Positions 55,499-64,000 of a stretch of DNA of 64,000 nt are shown piece by piece. The notes below the pieces were generated by a model. That model saw nothing but the letters and a program-made list of their open reading frames with translations, was not told where the DNA came from and did not search any database. Position numbers and translations under genes: made by a program. The number at the start of each line of letters is the position of its first letter. The first letter of the stretch is position 1. Location: assembly GCA_964304625.1 (NCBI GenBank), contig OZ199839.1, positions 2,110,093 to 2,174,092 on the forward strand, read 5' to 3'. The stretch comes from Kudoa neothunni. Taxonomy: Eukaryota; Animalia; Cnidaria.

Positions 55499-55848
55499 AA
55501 TAAAAAATTGTTTCCTACCCCATACTGAACCTCGCAATATCGAGACCTTTCTGTAATTAAGATAAATAATAATCATTTTAATTAATTATTAATTTTTCAA
55601 TAACACATAATTTCATCAAGCTTATTTGGGCGTCATATTGATACAAAAATAAGTTATCTCTCCATTTTTAAATTAATTTCGCCAGCCTTAAGATAATGTA
55701 GTTACAACTTAAAATGTCATTCTAACGAATATCTAACATATACAATCGAATATAAATCACAAACTTATATCATATACACTCGGTCTGTTTCATTACTAAT
55801 ATGGGTTATATTACTACTTACTACTTTAGTTGGAACCTGTGGTCATGT

Positions 55849-55880
55849 TGCGCATGCGCCAAAATTTAGTAGTGATTGGT
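55849..55880 (+). promoter_or_regulatory. Possible NRF1-type site (TGCGCATGCGC) and inverted CCAAT box upstream of RPL4
   Basis: GC-rich palindrome matching the NRF1/ewg consensus ~300 bp before the RPL4 ATG in an AT-rich background; motif match only. Confidence 0.3.
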
Positions 55881-56158
55881 TATTGTTAAATCAGCCGATC
55901 CAAAATAATTTTCGATGACCATTACTCGTAAAATTGAAAAACTTAGTTTATTTGCGAGAGTAATCACACTCTTGTCAAAAACTACAATAATTGGCGCCAA
56001 GATGAATTTTTCTCTATACAAATAATAAGTAGAAATTATAATTACAAGTTATTTAGTCCATAGCAGATGAACTTAACATAATGGAAGTGTCAATGGATAA
56101 TGATGTAATATGACGAAAGTAATTCTCGGCGATCTTCGTCGCGAAGCACGCTGCAGAG

Positions 56159-57302
56159 ATGGTATGTCGCATTGTGTATTTGTTATATGACTAATTCGCT
56201 GAAATAGGCTACCTACAATGGATCATATGTACATAATATAGTGGAAAAAGATGGTAAGTTGATTCTGGAGAAAAAGTCTCCGATCACTCTACCCAAAGTG
56301 TTCTCATCTCCTATTCGAAGTGATTTGGTGAATTTTATCCACACTCAACTTCGTTGCAACGCTCGTCAGGCTCATGGTGTAAGCAAAAATGCAGGTGTGC
56401 AAGTCAGTGCATTGTCTTGGGGAACTGGTCGTGCAGTTTCAAGAATTCCAAGAGTGAAGGGTGGCGGTACCCATAGGTCTGGTCAAGCTGCCTACGGTAA
56501 CATGTGTAGGGGTGGACACACATTCAATCCTCTGGTAACATATCGTAAATGGCACCGAAAAGTCAATCTAAAACAGAAGCGTTTTGCCATTGCTTCAGCT
56601 TTGGCCGCTTCTGCCTGTCCCTCGCTTGTTATGGCTCGTGGTCACTCGATTGAGAATGTTCCACAATTCCCCCTGATTGTCGATGACAAGTCGGTCGGAT
56701 TGGGTGACATGTCTAAAACCAAATCTGCTGTTTCCGCATTGAAAGCTATCGGTGCTTATGATGATATTATTCGTTGCAAGGAGAGCAAGCGTATTCGTCC
56801 CGGAAAAGGAAAAATGAGAAACAGACGTTATCTCATGAAGAAAGGTCCTCTCATGATTCACACTCAAGACTCTGACAGTGCTTTTGTTCGTGCGTTGAGA
56901 AATATTCCTGGATTGGAGTTGATGCATGTGCGCAGATTGAACCTGTTGAAATTGGCCCCCGGTGGTCACCTTGGCAGGTTCATCATTTGGACTGAAGATG
57001 CCGTGGAAGAACTACGAAAGATGTACTATTTCAGTGGTGAGAAATCTGACGGAAAAGCCTTCTTTATCCTCCCCAGAAAACAAATGAGTGGTGATATTTC
57101 CAGTCTGATCAATTCGGACGCCATCCAACGAGTTCTTCGTCCCAAGATTCATAAAGTTGGCAAGTCGGCTAGAAAGATCAATCCCTTCACCAACGATCAT
57201 GTTATGCATTTCTTGAATCCTTTCGCTCGTGTTCTCAAAAGAAGAGCCATTCTTGCTAGCAGCAAAACTAAGCCGACACAAGTTCAACAAGTTGCCATGT
57301 GA
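56159..57302 (+). CDS. RPL4: 60S ribosomal protein L4 (uL4)
   Basis: ATG 56159-56161, 46-nt intron 56162-56207 (GTATGT..CTAAT..TAG), then SWGTGRAVSRIPRV.GGGTHRSGQ, GKGKMRNRRY, LLKLAPGGHLGRF. Confidence 0.98.
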
Positions 57303-59087
57303 TTACGGTTGACGTTTAGTAATAACAAATTAGAAAATTTGTGGTTTGTTGTTTACCATGAGGTGTTTTGTTTTTGTGATGCGTGAAACCAATGGAATTA
57401 ATCCTTAATAAATAGCAATAGACATTGATAGTAAAAACGAATTATAATAAAGAATAATAATTAATTGTGTGTGGGAGCCGTGGTGGCATTATAAAATTGC
57501 GACACCGAAAAGCATTTACGTCTTTAGTTTGTAGCTAGTGTATTACGGCGAAAATTCGCCAACAGATATGCGCACTAAGTTTTTTGTTAATTTCCCAAAT
57601 AAAATGGTTAACCCAGGATGACATTATCTTAATTGTCTCTAGGAATGTTGATTGTGTCCCTCAATAGGGTTTGACGTGAACGGAATATCGTTCACGGCTC
57701 TAAAATAAGCACTGCATGATTCGGTTGGATATTTGGTTCATTCTAGGTAGTTCTTTCAAAATATTGAACAAATTAAAATAAATTAATACCATGGAATTCG
57801 TTTCCATTCTATAAACGTTTATTCTTACTCGTCTCCAATGAAGTTTGTTGATATGGAAGCAAATGAGTTTATTGACAAATATAAAAATTCAACACAACTT
57901 TTATATTTACTATATAATCCAAGTTGTTGAAGTTTTCTGAAGAATATTTGACCAGAATGTAAGATGTAAAAATAAATGTTCAATTACGTTGCTTTTTTTA
58001 AAAGCAACATAAGGTGGAATTTTAAATCGATAACAATATCTTTTTTGTAAATATAATCTTCATATAAACTCATTTCGTTATTTTTTGATGTTTTCAAAAG
58101 TTTATATAATGAGAATTTTGAGAAGCTTTTTTACCCACGACGAACGCGCACTCGTTGGCGAAAATTCGTCATACCAACTAGTGTGATCGTACAAAAGTCC
58201 GAGATTAAAACCTTTGTTTTAGTAAGTGAACTATTTTTATTAAGGATTTGATTTTAAACTTGATATTTGACTGATAAAAGGCATTGAGGTTAAAATGTAG
58301 AATAGTGACTGCATTCTCCGATAAAATTATTGTTGATATTAACGTTATGCTTTTGATCAGTGGCGGTGCTGCAATGCATTAGAAAATTTCTGTAACCGTT
58401 GTTCAAAATTGAATAAATTTCTGGTGAAGAAACAATCATTTACTCTTGAACCAAGTGTAATCTTAAGAATAGCACTAAAGTGAGGATATATACCTACGTA
58501 CTATAGATTAAAACACATCTTAGGTAAGCCGGCACGCCGTAGATTGTATCTGCGTGGCCCCTAGACCTTCGCTTACGCATTACGGAAAAATCCGCCTTCG
58601 GTGGAACTGTGTAGCGCAACAGTTACGTTCAAATATTTGTGTGCTTTTTCAAGGAGTAGAGAATGTTTGGTAACATTGAACATATTAATCGTGAAATTTA
58701 AATGTTTATACAAATGGTTAAATTTAAAGAACTCTTTTTATTTAATTATACCAATACAGTAACAATAATGACCCATCTTGCGAATCGATGTTTCGTGAAT
58801 TATTAACGCGCTTTTAAATGTGAAATATACACGAAATTAATAAAATAAATATAGAATTCTCAGATCCAGAGTATAGGTGTCTACCTAGTAACAGAATCAT
58901 AGTTATCTTTCCCTGGCATAACAAGGAATATACACTAATTAAATTGAAGTAAATATGGATTAATTTTCAGAAGTTTACAGATTCTCATAAAATAATTTTC
59001 CCTAATCCCTCCTCTAACACAAAGAAAATATCATACAATATTTTTTACAAAGTATAGCAATTGGGCTGGGGAAAATCTTTAGAAATA

Positions 59088-59727
59088 CAGTCGAAAACTC
59101 GATTATCCGAAAATCTCGCTATCAAAAAGAGATTTTAAATTTTATTTGGATTTTATTGACATTACATGCCGATAAATGTTCGATTATCCGGATCCCGGAA
59201 GAATTATCTAATCATATTTCCGGATATAAATAGCACCCATCACCTTAGGACATATACAATGTAACATATATACCAACGCAACTTGTAAAACTAAAATATT
59301 TCTAGGTTATTTATTAATAAATTTTCCTATAAAACTTAAGCATTCAGTTCTTATATAAATTTTCGTTATATCTGAACACGTGTCTTGATGTATATTAAAC
59401 AAACATTAATTATTGATTATTTAAAAAAATTGGTTATTCCTCTGTAGACGTGTAAAAACTGCCATAATTATGTACTGTTTTTCCTTTAAGTCTCCATATT
59501 CTTTGTTAATAAATATGTCAACATTATGAATTTTAGTGACAAAAATTAAAACATTCTATTTAATAAATAGTAAAAAATTTCTCATTAATCAGGTAAAGAA
59601 TCCTTTAAGTAGATATTTAAAAAAACTCGCGTGAACAAGACATTGTTTATGTTGGACTAACCGGAACCTCGCTATCCGTAAAGAAAATCGCCGGTCCCAA
59701 ATTTTCCGGATAATCGATGGTTGATTG
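59088..59727. mobile_element. TA-flanked pogo/Tc1-type MITE, copy 2
   Basis: TA+CAGTCGAAAACTCGATTATCCG ... CCGGATAATCGATGGTTGATTG+TA; similar to 43912-44553. Confidence 0.8.
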
Positions 59728-60689
59728 TACAAAGATCCTCAGTTTGCTACAGCGTTGAAAAGTTGCCATGTTATTATGAATTATATTAGTTAAAATTTGT
59801 AATGATTCGAGGATTTATTCAGAGAAACATTTATTGTCTTTATTATTTTTAAGAATCAAATAATGTAATCCTATGAATCTTAATATAATTGATAAAACAT
59901 CGTGTTTTATAGTATGAATGGTACATAATAAGTTTAACTCGACGAATATTAAGAAATTTATTTTAAAAACTTCCATCTATCATGGAAAAATTATTTACGC
60001 GTATATACTAGCGGATGCACACGTAGGGGATAAGGATTATACAAATATCGAGATGACCAGGAGGTGCTGCAATTCCACCGTTCCATACACGAGCCGCCGA
60101 TGCTTTTGATACAATTTAACTCCTAATGCTCGCAGAAAATATGAAATTCTTATTCCTATAGACATAGAATTAATGGCAGGTAATCGCCAAGGAGAAATTT
60201 GGACAATCCATCAAAATCCTAATTGTCAAACTCATTTCTTACAAAACATCAGGCATGCTTTACTCGTTTGATTAAATTATATAACCAGTTCAAACAACTG
60301 CGAGGAGTTAACAGTAATTTCAATAGTATATTCCAGCAACTATTATTGAGAATAAGTAGAATGCCGAAAGTAACCTAATGATGATGCAACACTGATAAAT
60401 ACAAAAACTAAAATAATTAACAGTTTCGTTGTTGTCCGTTGTCGCTGATTTGGATTATGGCCATTATTCCGCAATTTAACCGACATAGGTTACTGCAACG
60501 GATCCATTTAATCCACATGTGTGGACTGGCTATTGCAACTGATGGAAATATCTACTAAAATAACGCTTACATCAAACGTTTAGGCCGAAATTTGATATAC
60601 GCCTCTTTAAGTCCAGTTCAAAAAAGGGTTATTGTGTAATCAACGAGATTATATTTAATACTAACAACAAGTGTGTAATAGTTGATAGT

Positions 60690-61302
60690 CATTCTAACAA
60701 GACTTGATGCATCACTATTTGAAGAGCACTGATAAAACCATCCCACATATTATTGCAGTTTTCCCCTCCATTGAAATTCAGAAAGGAATCTGTCGATTCC
60801 ATCCGTAAAAACAGAGCCATCATCTTGGACTGAAGACGTTCTATTTCGAGGCGAAATTTTATATTTTATAGCTCACATGTATCTTCAATTGTGTTTGTGT
60901 GTGGTCCAGTAGTACCATCAGCGTATTCAATGATATGATTAACCGATAAATGCTGATAGAAATTATGCAATGTAAAATAACTTATGAAGCAATCGGTTAT
61001 TATAATTGAATATAGCTTTACATGGGTTTTTATTATTTTTGTTTGTGTTTCTGCTATTCTATCAGGAACTTCTGCAAGATACAGTTTTCTTTCAGGTGTT
61101 TTTTCCACGCCATCAAGTACTCATGCTCCATTAACGTCATGACCCGGTTGTATTTCCGCTTGCCAAATGTTGATTCATCGATTATATTTTCCCCACCAAT
61201 GATGATATCTTCAAAATCTAGACTGTAACCAACTATTTGCCTGAAATGATAGCAATAATTTGTGATTGTCTGGGAACAATGAGCATTATTTTTTATCAAA
61301 TC
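60690..61302 (-). mobile_element. Merlin/ISXO2-like transposase remnant, cut by the LTR element
   Basis: IGGENIIDESTFGKRKYNR, VPDR.AET, IIITDCF.SY, HLSVNH, GPHTNTIE motifs across frameshifted ORFs; homology stops at the TGTAACGG LTR edge. Confidence 0.88.
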
Positions 61303-61419
61303 TGTAACGGATGACACGCGTCAACCGGATTTAGATTAGTGATATCTAAGTAGATTACTTTTCGAGTATATTTTATCATGGCTTCTCCTATCGACAGCGC
61401 AACTAACTCCACCGTTACA
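61303..61419 (+). repeat. Putative 5' LTR (117 bp) followed by a primer-binding site
   Basis: Perfect inverted ends TGTAACGG...CCGTTACA, then TC+TGGTGACAGGGGTG (resembles a tRNA-Leu-type PBS). The 3' LTR lies outside the window. Confidence 0.75.
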
Positions 61420-64000
61420 TCTGGTGACAGGGGTGTTGACTCTGTTAAGCCACCGCCACTCAAGAAATTTACCGGCGCCGCCGATAACTTCGCCAAGTTC
61501 CACCGCTCTTTTATGCTCCTTGCACTAGCTAGCAACTGGAATGACCTGGACAAAGCTAGGAATTTTCCCTTGTACCTCGGAGATACCATCCTCGATTTGA
61601 TCGAGACCAACGGTATAAATATGTACCGACCAACGAGGGATACATTCAACCTTATGGTGGAGCTGTTAAATAATACATATCGCCCTATCACTTCTTCCGC
61701 ATTGTCCCTTCAATCGTTCTACAGTTCGACGTGGGACAATGTCACCCCCTTTGCTGAATTCTGCTTCGGAGTGAACAATTTGCTTCGCAAGGCCCTACCC
61801 TCTATCGACGAAGACACCGCTAGAACTCTAGTTATGGACCAATGCACGAAGTCGTTGCCTGAGTACATCAAACGTATTATCGTTGCTTCGAAACCCCAAG
61901 CACTTCCTGAGCTGATCCAATCGGTTGAGGAACAGCTAAATATTCCAAATCACACTGCAGCAGCCTCGTACGGCGAGAGGAAATCCAAATACAAGAAACG
62001 ATCTTGCAAAAAATGTGGCTCAAATAATCACTCAACCAAAGAGTGCAAAGGTTTTGCAATATGTAAAACCTGCCACAAGAGGGGACACCTCTCATATATA
62101 TGCAATAGCAAACATACAAATAACATTAACTGTATCAATTTTAATGAATCTGTTTCGGATGAGGCCAATTATTCGTGTTTTGTTTCTTCAGCGCAGTTTG
62201 ACTTGTCTAAAAATTTTACAATACCAATTGAAATCGGAACTAGAGTTGCAACTGCTCTGATTGACACTGGATCTTCCATATCAATTATAAGACACGGCTT
62301 CGATGTGGAAATGCACCCTGACAAAATTAGTCTTACATCCGCAGGCGGGAAGCAAATGGAAACCATTGGTACTAGCATCGTCGAATTCTCTCTAAATGGA
62401 AAGGTCTTCAAATGGAGAATGGTTGTATGTCATAATCTGGTAACAGATTGCATCCTTGGTCGCGATTTTTTGTCTGCACATGCTGCCCTCATCACCTGCC
62501 AGAATGGTTCCATAACACTCCCTGCAGTACGTGGGAATACATGTTCAATCGCCCCGAAACAGGATCACGCAAAAGTTCCTCCATACTGTTTCAAATTCGC
62601 CGATAACCCCTTTCACATCTCCACCAGGAAAATCCCTTTCGCCCTCTCCCCAATTTTTAAGGAGCAGATAGATAATATGCTCAACGATGGTGTAATACGT
62701 AAAAGTAACAGTCCGTATTCATCCCCAGTGCTCCTCGTCAAGAAGCGCAACAATGAATATAGATTCTGTGTAGACTATCGGAAACTCAACTCTCAGATAG
62801 TTTCGGAACAATTCCCCATACCATTACTCCATGACATTATCTCCACCCTCTCTTCTGCCACCTACTTTTCAAAAATCGACCTCAAATCCGGATTCTGGCA
62901 GATACCACTCCACGAGAATTGTAAATATGCGACCGCTTTCTCCACTCCCTTTGGCCACTACGAATTTAATGTGTTGCCATTTGGTTTGGTAACAGCCCCA
63001 TCTGCATTCCAAAGAGCCATGACCGAAACTTTGAATGACTACATTGGGAAATTCTGTCACGTTTACCTTGACGATATCCTAATCTATTCCTCCTCTTCTA
63101 ACGAGCACGATGAACATCTCAAATTAATCATGAAGCGTCTCACAGAATTCAACTGGAAACCCAACACAAAAAAATGCATTTATAAGGTAACGTCAATCAA
63201 ATATCTCGGCTTCGTAATCTCAAAAGATGGAATCACACCTGATCCTGATAGAATCAAATCAGTAGCTGACATACCCATTCCCAATACACCCAAACGCCTC
63301 CAATCATTCATTGGCTTCGCAAACTATTACCGCGACCTAATTCCAAACTTTGCTAGCATAGCACAGCCCCTCTACAATGCCATTTCTACAAAACCCTTTG
63401 AATTATCCACCGAAGCTATTAATCGAATAAGTAACATCAAACATTTGTTAACATCCTCGCCACTACTCAGTCTTCCTAACCTGAATAAAAATTTCACAAT
63501 TTCCACCGACGCTTCAGACACAGCCATCGCATCAGTACTCTATCAGGAAGTGAATGGCAAGAAACATGTCATACGTTATGCCAGCCGTATCCTCAATAAA
63601 TCCGAAATTAATTATTCCACCTTCGAAAAAGAAGCACTAGCGCTAGTACATGCACTCAAAACATTTCACCAATATGTCTACGGCAAAAGAACCAAAGTAT
63701 GGACGGATCACAACCCCCTAACTCACCTGAAAACCATCAAAGACTCTCACGGTAGAATATCCCGTTGGCTGCTATTTCTCCAGAACTACGACCTAGAAAT
63801 AGTCTACAAACGTGGCCCTGATAATGTAGACGCCGACTTTTTATCGAGAACACCGTGCGAATCAAATGCTATATCAGTCCATTTCCTATCCCTACCAGTA
63901 GACAAGTGGATATCGGCCCAAAAAGAGGACATAACTATATCGAACATCGCAAAATCCATTGAACAAAATAAATACAAAGGTAAGAGAGTTTACCGATTCG
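61378..64000 (+). CDS. Single-frame Gag-Pol polyprotein (partial)
   Basis: One frame from ATG 61378: two CCHC knuckles (CKKCGSNNHSTKEC, CKTCHKRGHLSYIC), protease ALIDTGSS, RT RFCVDYRKLN / LPFGL / VYLDDILIYS, RNase H TDASD / EKEALA / TDHNPL / ADFLSR. Absent from the ORF track because no stop occurs before the window end. Confidence 0.95.
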   Translation, partial: MASPIDSATNSTVTSGDRGVDSVKPPPLKKFTGAADNFAKFHRSFMLLALASNWNDLDKARNFPLYLGDTILDLIETNGINMYRPTRDTFNLMVELLNNTYRPITSSALSLQSFYSSTWDNVTPFAEFCFGVNNLLRKALPSIDEDTARTLVMDQCTKSLPEYIKRIIVASKPQALPELIQSVEEQLNIPNHTAAASYGERKSKYKKRSCKKCGSNNHSTKECKGFAICKTCHKRGHLSYICNSKHTNNINCINFNESVSDEANYSCFVSSAQFDLSKNFTIPIEIGTRVATALIDTGSSISIIRHGFDVEMHPDKISLTSAGGKQMETIGTSIVEFSLNGKVFKWRMVVCHNLVTDCILGRDFLSAHAALITCQNGSITLPAVRGNTCSIAPKQDHAKVPPYCFKFADNPFHISTRKIPFALSPIFKEQIDNMLNDGVIRKSNSPYSSPVLLVKKRNNEYRFCVDYRKLNSQIVSEQFPIPLLHDIISTLSSATYFSKIDLKSGFWQIPLHENCKYATAFSTPFGHYEFNVLPFGLVTAPSAFQRAMTETLNDYIGKFCHVYLDDILIYSSSSNEHDEHLKLIMKRLTEFNWKPNTKKCIYKVTSIKYLGFVISKDGITPDPDRIKSVADIPIPNTPKRLQSFIGFANYYRDLIPNFASIAQPLYNAISTKPFELSTEAINRISNIKHLLTSSPLLSLPNLNKNFTISTDASDTAIASVLYQEVNGKKHVIRYASRILNKSEINYSTFEKEALALVHALKTFHQYVYGKRTKVWTDHNPLTHLKTIKDSHGRISRWLLFLQNYDLEIVYKRGPDNVDADFLSRTPCESNAISVHFLSLPVDKWISAQKEDITISNIAKSIEQNKYKGKRVYRF

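Larger units (their letters stand above)
61303..64000 (+). mobile_element. Ty3/gypsy LTR retrotransposon (runs off window end)
   Basis: LTR + PBS + Gag-PR-RT-RNaseH domain order. Confidence 0.95.

Noticed and set aside
56595-57290. Antisense ORFs within RPL4 (likewise those opposite the gypsy, Tigger and array genes)
   Set aside because: Shadow frames of real coding sequence with no motifs.
59918-60120. Possible Helitron PIF1 helicase remnant
   Set aside because: Resemblance is limited to a few residues; not supportable.
60250-60560. Minus-strand hydrophobic, GPCR-like fragment (KLLIILVFVFISVASSLGYF)
   Set aside because: Needs several frameshifts, and no other transmembrane exons could be linked.

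Overview
AT-rich eukaryotic nuclear DNA from a compact animal genome with very short (mostly 28-60 nt) GT-AG introns. An invertebrate source, possibly a myxozoan-type parasite, is inferred but not proven. Host genes: four tandem 5-exon paralogs encoding ~300-330 aa HEAT/importin-beta-N-terminus-like proteins (4.4-22 kb), a divergent RPN12/PSMD8, a membrane-anchored apextrin (ApeC) protein, an intact COX11, an ankyrin + pre-SET/SET EHMT/G9a-like methyltransferase, and RPL4. Intergenic space is filled with decayed DNA transposons (hAT, pogo/Tigger, piggyBac, Merlin) and MITEs. The window ends in an apparently intact Ty3/gypsy element with a 117-bp LTR, inserted into a Merlin remnant. The standout feature is at 45.6-47.8 kb (minus strand). 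The ORF track shows what looks like a fragmented viral D5-like SF3 helicase, but five host-type spliceosomal introns join it into one continuous reading frame, making it a candidate domesticated virus-derived helicase gene. Repeated single-base insertions in homopolymers of otherwise conserved genes suggest residual assembly errors, so frameshifts here are weak evidence of pseudogenisation.
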